Shown piece after piece: positions 48,365 through 57,907 of a DNA stretch of 64,000 nucleotides. The translations under genes and the position numbers were made by a program. Source of the stretch: Armatimonadota bacterium (GTDB lineage: Bacteria > Armatimonadota > HRBIN16). The first letter of the stretch is position 1; every line of letters begins with the position of its first letter. The stretch is taken from positions 4,580,862 to 4,644,861 of the forward strand of contig OY781964.1 in NCBI GenBank assembly GCA_963677485.1, in the 5' to 3' direction. Below the pieces are notes generated by a model. The model made no database searches. It worked only from the letters and a program-made list of their open reading frames with translations, and was not told where the DNA came from.

Positions 48365-49570
48365 GTGGCAACTAAGAGTTTCATAGAACAGAGTTTTGAA
48401 CAGGGCAAGGGCGTGCTGCGTCTGTCACCCGTGTTCGTACCTCGGCGTTTCGGCGCACCAGGGTATCGACTACGTCTTCACCCCGATGACTATTTCGCAC
48501 TCGGCACAGAGCGGGGTGCCATGAAAGAGCGTTGGCTGGCAGCCGTCATCCCCGCCATGAACGGCCCTCTGGCTCCACCTGATGAAGGCATGAGTTATGT
48601 CGCACCTACCGATAACCCGAAAGACAAGTTCACTTTAAAAGATGCTGTGGATGCGCTTGGCAAGGACATCATCGGCGAGGAACTGATGCGGGATTACGGC
48701 GGCTGGCCGATGTATTCCAAGTTCTTCGATTATGGCACCCCGCTGTTTCATCACCTGCACCTTGGGTTTGAAGAGGCGGGTCGGGTTGGCCGATTGGGCA
48801 AACCGGAGGCGTATTATTTCCCGGCTCAGCTCAACAACCACATGGGCACTTTCCCGCACACTTATTTTGGGTTTGACCCTGATGTGACCATCGACGAAGT
48901 GCGCGAAAGACTGCTTGACTACGAAAAGCGAGACACGCGCATCACGGAACTCTCGCGCGCTTACCGCATCGCACGCGGTACCGGCTGGTATGTTCCCCCG
49001 GGTGTGCTTCACTCCCCAGGGTCGGTTCTGACCTATGAGCCTCAGTGGGGCAGTGACGTGAACTCTGTCTACGAGAACATCACCGCTGGTGAGGTCTACC
49101 CATACGAATTCCTGGTAGAAAACTGCCCTGAGGAGAAGAAACGCGACGTCGACTACGTGCTTTCTTTGATGGACTGGGAGAAGAACATTGATCCACACTT
49201 CAAGAAGACCTATTACCGCCCACCTGTGGTCTGCCACAGTGATGCCGGTTATGAAGAGAAGTGGATTGCGTATGCCAACCCATACATCGCGGCCAAGGAG
49301 TTGACGGTGCATCCCGGCCAGACGGTCACCGTGAAAGACGGAGCCGCCTACGGATGCATTTTGCTGCAAGGACATTGCAAGGTCGGTGTGCATGATGCGG
49401 AAGCCGCTATCATGCTGCGATACGGCCAGCTATCGGATGATGAGTTCTTTGTAGGCGAACCGGCCGCCAAAGAGGGTGTGGTGATCAGTAACCGCTCGAA
49501 ATCCGAGCCGCTGGTAATGTTGAAGCACTTTGGGCCAAACCATCCCGATATGCCTCGCCAGAAGAAGTAG
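48365..49570 (+). CDS. Cupin-fold protein resembling type I phosphomannose isomerase (putative sugar isomerase)
   Basis: GTG start with ggaggag SD. Colinear resemblance to E. coli ManA landmarks: ERWLAA (ELWMGAHP), PLFHHLHL (LSIQVHP), GKPEAYYF (HKPELVFA), VPPGVLHSPG (AETPHAY). This is pattern-level only. Confidence 0.4.
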   Translation: MATKSFIEQSFEQGKGVLRLSPVFVPRRFGAPGYRLRLHPDDYFALGTERGAMKERWLAAVIPAMNGPLAPPDEGMSYVAPTDNPKDKFTLKDAVDALGKDIIGEELMRDYGGWPMYSKFFDYGTPLFHHLHLGFEEAGRVGRLGKPEAYYFPAQLNNHMGTFPHTYFGFDPDVTIDEVRERLLDYEKRDTRITELSRAYRIARGTGWYVPPGVLHSPGSVLTYEPQWGSDVNSVYENITAGEVYPYEFLVENCPEEKKRDVDYVLSLMDWEKNIDPHFKKTYYRPPVVCHSDAGYEEKWIAYANPYIAAKELTVHPGQTVTVKDGAAYGCILLQGHCKVGVHDAEAAIMLRYGQLSDDEFFVGEPAAKEGVVISNRSKSEPLVMLKHFGPNHPDMPRQKK

Positions 49571-49600
49571 CGGAGCAGACGGATATCGTAGAATCTCCAT

Positions 49601-49631
49601 GTGTCGGGGTGGCAATTGTGAACCCCGGCAC
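49601..49631 (+). terminator. Weak terminator-like hairpin after the cupin gene
   Basis: 9-bp stem gtgtcgggg / ccccggcac (one G-U pair), 13-nt loop, and only a short T-run (atttcc) after it. Confidence 0.3.
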
Positions 49632-49701
49632 ATTTCCGTTACACTGAATCTTTGGGAAACATCTGCGGATGCCTGCCTCTGCACAGCCTTTTTAGTAACT
49701 G

Positions 49702-49788
49702 GTCGTAGAGGCGTCCCTTGTGGGCGCCCTAAACAAGAACCATCGAATGATCAACGATTAGGGCGCCCACAAGGGACGCCCCTACGAC
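49702..49788. repeat. Long GC-rich inverted repeat (31-nt arms, 25-nt spacer), REP-like
   Basis: The left arm gtcgtagaggcgtcccttgtgggcgccctaa (49702-49732) matches the reverse complement of ttagggcgcccacaagggacgcccctacgac (49758-49788) at 30/31 positions. Each arm also has internal dyad symmetry (gggcgccc). Confidence 0.75.
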
Positions 49789-49860
49789 AGTATCAGTCGC
49801 AATACGGGCTGCCTTGAACTCAAGAGCGGTGCTCCCCCTTGATCATCAAGGATATCACCT

Positions 49861-51006
49861 ATGATAGGAGCCTGTGACATCGTGAGTGCCATCCATACAA
49901 CCAAACGTGAACAGTTCATCGAGTATGTCCGCATTGGCGGTGCTCCTATTTGTTCTCCTCAGATTGGAGCCGGAGCCGGTTTTGATACCAAACTCGCCGG
50001 CAAACGCTGGATAGGTGAGACCACACTCGACGACACGATCGCTGCTTGCGAGCGGTTCGATATGGTGCCGCTGTTAAATGCTGGAATGCCCGACGCCGGG
50101 TTTGTTCAGCCAAAGCTGGCGTGGCAGACCGTGTCGCGTGAAGAGCAGCCGGACAAAATCCGCACCCGCATGGCTTTGAAGCTTCCTGGTGGAACGCTGG
50201 AACAAGAGATTGTAGAGGAACCTGTCCGGGGTGGGGTCAGGGTCAAGAGCCCCATCACACAAGCCGATGAGCTTTATCTTCTTGATGAGTTCCTTGATTT
50301 GTCGCTTAAGGAAGACTTGAACCCAATTGTTGAATATGTCCGAAACATCGTCAAACAGATCGACGGCAGGGGAGCAAGCTCCTTTCAATGGGCTGTACAG
50401 CCTTATGAGCTGCTCTGCTTTCCGGATACGGTCAACACGGTGGTTTTTGCCATGGAAGACCAAGAAACCCACTACCGCTTGATGGACAAGATACTGCTTC
50501 TGAACGAAAAGTTATTTGATGTCGTAGCTGCCGGTGGTGGCGACTTTATCTTCCTGGGCGGACCTGGCTCTGAGATGATATCCCCTCGCTTCTATAAAGA
50601 GTTCTTAATCCCATATAGCCTGAAGGCCACTCAGATTGCTCATGAACGGGGATTGCTGGTCTATTCGCATATCTGCTCACCAATTGAGCCGTTCTTGAGT
50701 ATGGGCTTTTACAACCAGATGGGGATTGATCTTTTTGAAACGCTCAGCCCTCCGCCTGTGGGGAATGTGCAAAGTTTGACTGACGCATTTCAGAAACTAA
50801 ACCCGGCGATTTGCACTCGAGGCAATGTTGGCCTTGATCTACTGCTCAATGGCACAGAAGCTGAAGTATATGAGCGCACAGAGCAGATACTGCGTGAATC
50901 TGCAGAACGAAAACACATGGTGGCCGCCAGCGACTATCTATTCTATGACGTCCCCGAGCAGAACGTCCATGCTATGTGTTCTGCGGTCGCGAGATATAGG
51001 GCTTAA
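49861..51006 (+). CDS. Uroporphyrinogen decarboxylase (URO-D)/MtaA-like family protein
   Basis: The central block FIFLGGPGSEMISPRFYKEFLIPY....IAHERGLLVYSHICSP resembles the URO-D-family core. An alternative GTG start at 49882 has an AGGAG SD. Confidence 0.45.
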   Translation: MIGACDIVSAIHTTKREQFIEYVRIGGAPICSPQIGAGAGFDTKLAGKRWIGETTLDDTIAACERFDMVPLLNAGMPDAGFVQPKLAWQTVSREEQPDKIRTRMALKLPGGTLEQEIVEEPVRGGVRVKSPITQADELYLLDEFLDLSLKEDLNPIVEYVRNIVKQIDGRGASSFQWAVQPYELLCFPDTVNTVVFAMEDQETHYRLMDKILLLNEKLFDVVAAGGGDFIFLGGPGSEMISPRFYKEFLIPYSLKATQIAHERGLLVYSHICSPIEPFLSMGFYNQMGIDLFETLSPPPVGNVQSLTDAFQKLNPAICTRGNVGLDLLLNGTEAEVYERTEQILRESAERKHMVAASDYLFYDVPEQNVHAMCSAVARYRA

Positions 51007-51076
51007 CGCTTTTTGAAGGAATTGCCGGGTTACATAGCTAATCTATCAATAAATCTGTAAATAGGGAGAATGACAT

Positions 51077-52600
51077 ATGGGCTCCTCTCGCCCGTTCATA
51101 GAGATCGACCACATAAGCAAGTCATTCGGCGGAGTTCATGCTCTGCAGGATGTCAGCTTTGATATACGCCCCGGGGAACTACACGCACTGGTAGGTGAGA
51201 ACGGAGCCGGTAAATCCACACTCATCAAAGTGCTTGGAGGGAACTACCTCCCTGAGCAGGGAACTGTGAAGGTGGAAGGCCACGAGCTCAAGCTAGGCGA
51301 TGTGAAAGCCAGCGAAGCTGTGGGCATCAGCGTGATCCACCAGGAACCAACCGCTTTCCCGCACCTTTCCTCGGAAGACAGCATCTTTATCGGTGCGGAG
51401 CTTACTACGTTCGGCGGATTGCTGTTGAATCGGCCGGTGATGAGGGCACGCACCAAAGAGTTGCTGGCGAGGGTAGGTGCCACGTTCGATCCCAGTCTGC
51501 CATTAGAGAAGCTCTCCGTGGCGCAGCGTCAGTTGGCTGCTGTTGCGCGGGCGTTGGCTCACAAAAGCCGATTGCTGATCATGGATGAACCTACCGCCTC
51601 GTTAAGCCAGCGTGAGACAGATGCCCTTTTCCTCATCGTCAAGCAGTTGCTTGAAGAAGGGGTGAGCATTCTATACGTCAGCCACCGCATGGAAGAGATT
51701 TTGGCCCTGGCCGATCGTGCCACTGTGTTCCGGGATGGAACCTATGTAGGCACCCTGGAGCGAGAGCAGATCAACCGCGCTGAGCTCATCAAAATGATGG
51801 TGGGCCGTGAGATCACGGAATACGAACGCTACGAAGCCTCTGAGACGGTGGGGGATTCGGTTCTGCAGGTGCGCAACCTGACTCAGGCTGGCACTTTCAG
51901 CGACGTCAGTTTTGATGTTCACTCCGGTGAGGTGATGGGCCTTGGTGGTCTGGTGGGTGCGGGACGCACCGAAGTGGCCCGAGTGCTGTTTGGCCTTGAT
52001 GAGGCGGATTCAGGCACAGTGACCATGAGTGGTAAACCGCTGGAGCTGGGTGATATCCAAAAGTCAATGGAAGCGGGTATCGCCATGGTTCCTGAGGATC
52101 GGCAGACTCAGGGTGCGGTCTTGCAGATGTCAATCGCCGACAACATGGTGATGGCGGTCATGCGGGGCTGGAGCAAGTCCAGTTTTCGGGATTTCAGCCG
52201 AGAGAAAACGCTGATCACCGAGATGATGAAGCGCATGTCTGTGAAGGCCAAAAGCTCGCGCGATGCCGTGGAGAGCTTGTCCGGTGGTAACCAGCAAAAG
52301 ATTGTGCTTGGCAAATGGCTGGGCACCACTCCTAAGCTGCTGATCCTGGATGAGCCAACCCGTGGTGTGGATGTCGGTGCTAAGGCCGAAATCCATCGGT
52401 TGATTCGCGAACTAGCCAACGATGGCGTGGCAGTGCTGCTGATCAGCAGCGATCTGCCGGAACTGCTGGCGATCAGTGACCGCATTGTTGTGATGCGGCA
52501 CGGCTGTATCGCAGGTGAATTAACACAGAAGCAGGCCACTCAGGAGGCGGTGATCGATCTTGCCCTGCAAGATGAGTCTGTGGAGGGTAAGAAGCAATAA
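51077..52600 (+). CDS. Sugar ABC transporter ATP-binding protein (duplicated ATPase)
   Basis: GGGAGA SD. Walker A GENGAGKST, signature LSGGNQQK, Walker B LILDEPTRG. Two NBDs. Confidence 0.9.
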   Translation: MGSSRPFIEIDHISKSFGGVHALQDVSFDIRPGELHALVGENGAGKSTLIKVLGGNYLPEQGTVKVEGHELKLGDVKASEAVGISVIHQEPTAFPHLSSEDSIFIGAELTTFGGLLLNRPVMRARTKELLARVGATFDPSLPLEKLSVAQRQLAAVARALAHKSRLLIMDEPTASLSQRETDALFLIVKQLLEEGVSILYVSHRMEEILALADRATVFRDGTYVGTLEREQINRAELIKMMVGREITEYERYEASETVGDSVLQVRNLTQAGTFSDVSFDVHSGEVMGLGGLVGAGRTEVARVLFGLDEADSGTVTMSGKPLELGDIQKSMEAGIAMVPEDRQTQGAVLQMSIADNMVMAVMRGWSKSSFRDFSREKTLITEMMKRMSVKAKSSRDAVESLSGGNQQKIVLGKWLGTTPKLLILDEPTRGVDVGAKAEIHRLIRELANDGVAVLLISSDLPELLAISDRIVVMRHGCIAGELTQKQATQEAVIDLALQDESVEGKKQ

Positions 52601-53602
52601 ATGGGTATCACATCAACGCCTCGAACGAATATTCTAGCCAAGTGGATACGTACCCGAGAGGCAGGGGTTCTTTTACTTCTGGTTGTCGCGATCGCCATCG
52701 TCGCCTTGCGTGACGTCACGTTCCTAGCTCCACGCAACCTGCAAGATATTCTTGTCGGATGCGCGCCATTTGCTATCTTGGCATGTGGTATGACCTTCGT
52801 AATCATCACCGGTGAGATTGATATCTCGGTCGGCTCGATGGTTGGATTACTCTCGGTGGTGATGGGCTTAAGCTGCACAGCGGTCAACTGGGGCTTATCG
52901 GTGCCGGTCACCATCGCCATCATCGTCGTGGCAGGAGCCCTTCTAGGGCTGCTCAACGGTGTGTTAATGGAATACGGCAAGATACCCTCCATGATCGTCA
53001 CGCTGGGTATGCTGACGGTCTTTCGGGGTGTCACCCAGCTGCTCAGCAAGGGTGAGACGATCACCAACCTGCCGGCAGCGCTGAGGTTCTTCGGAACTGG
53101 CACGATCATGGGCATTCCGGTGTGTATCGTCACCGCTATCATCATCGTGATACTCTCGCATGTGATGCTGCAATATACGCCATTTGGGCGTCATGTTGTG
53201 GCGGTGGGAAGCAACCCCAGAGCCGCGAAAGTGCTGGGTCTGCCGACCAGGCGCATCAAAATCTGCGTGTTCGTGCTGATGGGGGTGCTGACCGCTATCG
53301 CAACTCTTGTGGGCGTACCCCAGCTTGCAGTGATCGAAAGCGGTATCGGCGTGGGCTGGGAAATGCTTATCATCACCTGCGTGGTGGTCGGCGGAACCTC
53401 GACCGCAGGTGGCCGAGGCAGCATCATCGGTTCGCTGCTGGGTGTCTTACTGCTGGTATCTGTCCGCACCGAGTTGATCTTTTTGAAATTGTCTGAAAGT
53501 GCCACGTATTGGGAACGAGCCATACAAGGCGCATTCATCTTAATGGCGGTTCTGGCAGATCATTTCGGCGCGATGCGTAAGCGAAAGGCGGTGAAGGCAT
53601 GA
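52601..53602 (+). CDS. Sugar ABC transporter permease (CUT2 type)
   Basis: The ATG directly abuts the upstream TAA. Multi-TM protein with GEIDISVGS and FGRHVVAVGSNPRAAKVLG blocks. Confidence 0.85.
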   Translation: MGITSTPRTNILAKWIRTREAGVLLLLVVAIAIVALRDVTFLAPRNLQDILVGCAPFAILACGMTFVIITGEIDISVGSMVGLLSVVMGLSCTAVNWGLSVPVTIAIIVVAGALLGLLNGVLMEYGKIPSMIVTLGMLTVFRGVTQLLSKGETITNLPAALRFFGTGTIMGIPVCIVTAIIIVILSHVMLQYTPFGRHVVAVGSNPRAAKVLGLPTRRIKICVFVLMGVLTAIATLVGVPQLAVIESGIGVGWEMLIITCVVVGGTSTAGGRGSIIGSLLGVLLLVSVRTELIFLKLSESATYWERAIQGAFILMAVLADHFGAMRKRKAVKA

Positions 53603-54543
53603 AATTCCTGAAAGAGTATATCCATGAGGCCGTGCTTTTAGTAGTGCTGATTGTGTTGATGACGGTCATTCGGTTCATCGATCCATCTTTCCTCACCGCT
53701 AATGCTCAGGCGGAACTCAGCACGCACGTGTGGCAACTGGCACTCTTAGCCATTCCGATGACAATGATTATAGTTACCGGCGGTATCGACCTATCTATTG
53801 GATCGACTATGGCACTGGCAGCGGTGACGCTGGGGCTCAGCTATAAAGCGGGCATCAGCCCGTGGATTGGCTCATTGATGGCTTTAGTCGTAGCCACTGC
53901 AGCAGGCTGGTTGAACGGAGTGTTCGTCTCGAAGGTCAAGGTTCTTCCTTTGATCGTAACCCTGGCGACCATGTCCGCCTACCGTGGTATCGCAGAAGGG
54001 GTCAGCAAGGCGGCACCCGTCTCTGGATTCCCACCAGGTTTTGCTGTAGTCGGTCAAGGTTATGACAAGCTCATCGGACTGCCCTGGTCTGGCTGGGTAT
54101 TCATCGCAGCCTTCGTGCTGGCACTTTGGGTGTGGCTCAAAACACCATTTGGCACATCGCTTACCGCGATAGGACATAATGAATCCGCGGCACGGTTCAG
54201 CGGATTGCCTGTCGCGCGGTTAAAGACATGGATATACACGATCAGCGGTTTCCTGGCCGGAATTGCCGCCGTGCAGTATGTCTCACTACGAAATACCGCC
54301 AAAGCAGACATCGGCACAGGCATGGAGCTTGATGTGATCACGGCCGTTGTGCTTGGAGGATCAAGTGTCACCGGCGGACGCGGCAACCTGCTGGGCACGC
54401 TACTCGGTGTGATCCTCATTCATGAGGTTCGCGAGTTTGTAAGCTGGTACTGGCAGAGCGATGAACTGAATTTACTGGTCATTGGATCTTTGCTGATCAT
54501 CAGCGTATTGCTGAACTCTTTCATTAATCGCAAATCTCGGTAG
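53599..54543 (+). CDS. Sugar ABC transporter permease (CUT2 type), second subunit
   Basis: ATGA overlap. Multi-TM protein with GGIDLSIGS and FGTSLTAIGHNESAARFSG blocks. Confidence 0.85.
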   Translation: MKFLKEYIHEAVLLVVLIVLMTVIRFIDPSFLTANAQAELSTHVWQLALLAIPMTMIIVTGGIDLSIGSTMALAAVTLGLSYKAGISPWIGSLMALVVATAAGWLNGVFVSKVKVLPLIVTLATMSAYRGIAEGVSKAAPVSGFPPGFAVVGQGYDKLIGLPWSGWVFIAAFVLALWVWLKTPFGTSLTAIGHNESAARFSGLPVARLKTWIYTISGFLAGIAAVQYVSLRNTAKADIGTGMELDVITAVVLGGSSVTGGRGNLLGTLLGVILIHEVREFVSWYWQSDELNLLVIGSLLIISVLLNSFINRKSR

Positions 54544-54597
54544 CATATCGTATTATAAGTTCAGAGCAGTATTCGAACCCAAGGAGGGTCTTTCACT

Positions 54598-55635
54598 ATG
54601 AATCGAAACCTGTTATTAGCTCTCGCAGCCGTGATGGCAGCGGGTATACTGGCAACCGGATGTGCGAAACCATCGGGCGAACCCGCAGGCAAGACCGAAA
54701 TCGGCAAGCCTGGTAAAAAAATCACCATCTGCATGCTGCCTAAGAAAAAAGGAATCCCTTACTTCAGCAGTTGCGCGAATGGTGCCAAGAAGGCTGCAGA
54801 AGAACTTGGTAACGTAGAGTTCATCTATGATGGCCCCACCGACGGTTCACCCGAAAAAGCCGCCGCCATGATCGAAAAATGGGTGCTGAAGCGTGTGGAT
54901 GTGATCTGCGTGAGCCCCAATGACCCGGATGTGCTTGCCCCCGCCATGAAGGCTGCAAGAGAGAAGGGCGTCAAGGTCATCACATTTGACTCAGATGGGA
55001 AGCCTGACAGCCGTGAACTGTTTGTCAATCAAGCCACAGCAGAGCAGATCGGTAATGCGCTGGTCGATACGCTGATAGATGACATCGGCGGTAAAAATGC
55101 AACCGGTCAAGTGGCGATCGTCACCGCAACCCTGACGGCTGCGAACCAGAACATCTGGATGAACTACATGAAGACCCGTATCAAGAACAACTACCCGAAG
55201 ATCGACCTGGTGGCTGTCAAACCCAGTAATGAAGACCAAAAGCTGGCCTTCCAGGTTTCCCAAGACCTGCTCAAAGCCTATCCTGACCTAAAGGGTATCT
55301 GGGGTATCAGCTCTGTGTCTTTCCCCGGTGCTGCTGAGGCGATCAAGCAGGCTGGTAAGTCGGGCAAGGTTCAGGTCACCGGTCTGGCGACTCCTAATGA
55401 CATGAAGACATATGTCAAAGAGGGCACCGTGCGCAGCGTGGTTCTGTGGAACACCGAAGACCTTGGCGGACTGACAGTGAAGGCTGCTTACGCGCTGGCA
55501 ACCGGCAAATGGGATCCCAAGGCCAAAGAGTTTGATGCTGGCACGCTGGGCAAGAAGAAGATCGTTGGCGACAACCTGCTTCTTGGCGACATCCTCGTGT
55601 TCCGTAAAGACAACATCGACAAATACAACTTCTAG
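54598..55635 (+). CDS. Substrate-binding lipoprotein of the LsrB/RhaS family (AI-2/rhamnose-type)
   Basis: SD aggagg. Lipobox LATGC|AK. Colinear with E. coli LsrB as I recall it (IPK..G..YF, YDGPT, TFDSD, C-terminal ...NIDKYNF versus NIGKYDF). Confidence 0.75.
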   Translation: MNRNLLLALAAVMAAGILATGCAKPSGEPAGKTEIGKPGKKITICMLPKKKGIPYFSSCANGAKKAAEELGNVEFIYDGPTDGSPEKAAAMIEKWVLKRVDVICVSPNDPDVLAPAMKAAREKGVKVITFDSDGKPDSRELFVNQATAEQIGNALVDTLIDDIGGKNATGQVAIVTATLTAANQNIWMNYMKTRIKNNYPKIDLVAVKPSNEDQKLAFQVSQDLLKAYPDLKGIWGISSVSFPGAAEAIKQAGKSGKVQVTGLATPNDMKTYVKEGTVRSVVLWNTEDLGGLTVKAAYALATGKWDPKAKEFDAGTLGKKKIVGDNLLLGDILVFRKDNIDKYNF

Positions 55636-55647
55636 TTGGTATTCAGT

Positions 55648-55691
55648 ACCGCCTCCACGCAGCATCGTTGTGTGGAGGCGGTTGTTGTTTT
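55648..55691 (+). terminator. Rho-independent terminator after the ABC operon
   Basis: 11-bp stem accgcctccac / gtggaggcggt, 13-nt loop, then tgttgtttt. Confidence 0.65.
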
Positions 55692-55780
55692 ACCCTCCCC
55701 TGCGTTAATGATATTTCAACTCACAACTGCCATACTGTAACTGTAAAACACGGCAACGAATATAGTTGGAGGCTTTAGGC

Positions 55781-56473
55781 ATGACCAAATCACATCTAAC
55801 CATTGCGGCATCCCTCTGCACTCTATTTATGACGGCCTCAGCCATGGCGCTGACACTCAAGGATGTCAAACCGGATTACTGGAAGGCAGTGGCCAGTATA
55901 CCTGCGCCTCAAGGCAGCTCACCACTGAAGAGTTTTGCTTACACCCAGATGTGCCAGGATACCCAAGCCTTATTCAACCAGTGGCTTGGTGTGACCAAAA
56001 CGGAACTCAGCAAACGAAAGCCGCGGTTCCCATTCGATCTGTCAGTCACCACCACATATGGCGTATGCAATGACCGGCTGGTGAGTGGACTGCGTGTGAT
56101 GACCTCCGAGTTCGGTGGAGCGCATCCTACCGCCGCGCTTAAGGCCTATAGCTTCGGCCTGGTAAAGGGACAACCCAAACGGCTCATCTTGCGCGACTTA
56201 CTGTCCATTGGTGTCACTCCCGATACCGTGGTGACGGAATTAGTGCTGCCGGCGTTAAACCTAATGAAGGCGATACGCGGTGGCGAAGCAGCGCAGGAAC
56301 TGACGGCCAGCCAAATCAACAGCATACTGGTGACTAAGAGTGGAATCACCTGGGTGTTTGGTCCCTATGAAGTAGGTCCTTGGGTAGAAGGCGACTATCA
56401 AGTCAAGATCCCATGGAGCAGGCTGAAGGGGTATCTGAACCCCACAGGGCCCGTGGGGTCCTTGTTGAAATAG
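55781..56473 (+). CDS. Secreted DUF3298/RsiV-like domain protein
   Basis: ATG 55781 with GGAGG SD. Signal peptide ...TASAMA. The block SEFGGAHPTAALKAYSF resembles the GGAH motif of DUF3298-type domains. Confidence 0.45.
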   Translation: MTKSHLTIAASLCTLFMTASAMALTLKDVKPDYWKAVASIPAPQGSSPLKSFAYTQMCQDTQALFNQWLGVTKTELSKRKPRFPFDLSVTTTYGVCNDRLVSGLRVMTSEFGGAHPTAALKAYSFGLVKGQPKRLILRDLLSIGVTPDTVVTELVLPALNLMKAIRGGEAAQELTASQINSILVTKSGITWVFGPYEVGPWVEGDYQVKIPWSRLKGYLNPTGPVGSLLK

Positions 56474-56485
56474 CAGCTTGGCTGC

Positions 56486-56534
56486 CAGACCCACAGATCA
56501 CACCAACATTTTGTGTGTGTGATCTGTGGGTCTG
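56486..56534. terminator. Bidirectional terminator-like hairpin between convergent genes
   Basis: Perfect 18-bp stem cagacccacagatcacac / gtgtgatctgtgggtctg with a 13-nt loop, filling the 68-nt convergent gap. Confidence 0.55.
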
Positions 56535-56541
56535 AAGATAT

Positions 56542-57756
56542 CTATTTCATCTTCTTCAGTTCGTTGTAGAGCTTGTCAATCTCGGCAGAGGTGATGGTGC
56601 GGCGCATCACACGGATTTTGTCGTAGCGATAGTTGTATTCGGGCGATGCACCATCGGCAGCTCCACCGATCTGGGTGGCGTAATAGAGGTAGATGGTGTA
56701 GTTCTTGCCCACTTTTTCCACATATGCTTCGGGTACGTGGACGGCGGGTGCTTCTGGTTCAGAGTTGATATGCCCCAGCACTTTCCACTTCAGACCATCG
56801 ATGGAGACCGCCTCGGTGAACTTGCGGCCACGCCAGGGGTCTTGGATACCTTCCACACTTGGATCACCATAAGCAAAAAGCAGTTTGCCTACGCGTACCA
56901 TATCAGGGTTCGGGAACCATATCAGTGCCGGATTCTCGTCGGCCGCGATGAGCTTCCATTGTTTTGGGTCGGTGAACTCACCTTTGCATTCAGCATAGCC
57001 CATCGAGATGCCTTTCGTGTAGAAATAGTCGAACCAAAGCCGGAACTTGCCGTTTTCAAACATGATTGACGGGCGTGCATACATCCCCATCAGGCAGGCT
57101 TCGCCCAGCGGATCAACGCCTAGAGCGCCATATTCCTTCGCGTAGGTCATCAGAGGTGCATCCATCTGCTTCCAATTCACGCCGTCCGCGCTGACCGCAC
57201 CCGCCACACAGCAGTAAGCACCATCAATGTCCTTGTCGGCATCAGCCGGATTGCTGAACTTGTAATAACCGTCTTTGTCGTATCCGGTCGAGGTGTAGAC
57301 CATGTAGTATTTGCCTTTTGCGAAAACCACGCTGGGATCACCGTTATGCCAGCTATCCCAGAAGAGGTTTCGAGCATAGACACATGGTCGCCACAATGAG
57401 GCCGTCATGCTGCCATCCCACACATTGTCGTGGCTCCATATCTCCCATGGGCCATCTGGCGTTTTCGCGCGCGCAGCGAAGATGGCGTCGCCGCCAGTGT
57501 AACCAGGGATGCTGCGGTTGAGATCGGCTGTCGCCCAGCCGAAGAACCAGCCGCGATATGGGTAGGATTTGTCTTTGACCTTGATCACATGCAGGTTGTA
57601 CATGTTGTTGAAGTTGGTGATCAGTGTCTTGCCGTTGCGCTGCCACTGCGCAGTGATATCGCGGTTGAAGTCTTCGGGGTGGGGCATTTGGGCTATTGAC
57701 ACACAGCAGAGTGCTAACATCAATGCAGTCGCTACGAAGGTGGTTTTGGTGCGCAT
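56542..57756 (-). CDS. Secreted beta-propeller glycoside hydrolase-like protein (GH43/GH117-like fold)
   Basis: Signal peptide. Blocks such as WHNGDPSVVFAKGKYYMVYTS and AYGDPSV resemble the DP.v...g.YYm blades of 5-bladed propeller GHs. Family not resolved. Confidence 0.4.
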   Translation of the reverse strand: MRTKTTFVATALMLALCCVSIAQMPHPEDFNRDITAQWQRNGKTLITNFNNMYNLHVIKVKDKSYPYRGWFFGWATADLNRSIPGYTGGDAIFAARAKTPDGPWEIWSHDNVWDGSMTASLWRPCVYARNLFWDSWHNGDPSVVFAKGKYYMVYTSTGYDKDGYYKFSNPADADKDIDGAYCCVAGAVSADGVNWKQMDAPLMTYAKEYGALGVDPLGEACLMGMYARPSIMFENGKFRLWFDYFYTKGISMGYAECKGEFTDPKQWKLIAADENPALIWFPNPDMVRVGKLLFAYGDPSVEGIQDPWRGRKFTEAVSIDGLKWKVLGHINSEPEAPAVHVPEAYVEKVGKNYTIYLYYATQIGGAADGASPEYNYRYDKIRVMRRTITSAEIDKLYNELKKMK

Positions 57757-57907
57757 AGGTTTCTCCAGTGGATGGTTGTTACTCAGATTGTATAACTATT
57801 CGGAAAGAACTTCTACAAAGGAATATCGAAAACCGCTGTGGCATGAGCATTCCAGCCAAAAAGACAGTATCATCACGGTAATGAACATTTCATTTCGAGG
57901 TGAATCC

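Noticed and set aside
56493-56505. A 13-nt string acagatcacacca shared by the hairpin regions at 56493-56505 and 60535-60547, both just after plus-strand stop codons in convergent gaps. I considered whether they form a terminator repeat family.
   Set aside because: A rough expectation for exact 13-mers between any two positions in 64 kb on both strands is tens of chance matches. In the second locus the shared part is not even within the stem. Insufficient evidence.
57569-57907. N-terminal extensions of track ORFs (57569-57907, 5999-6151, 34243-34404, 35273-35329, 22373-22501, 26847-26879, 43685-43762).
   Set aside because: The extensions overlap divergent or upstream genes or a terminator, and they lack SD sequences. 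Internal starts give canonical N-termini (signal peptides or family start motifs) with good SD spacing.
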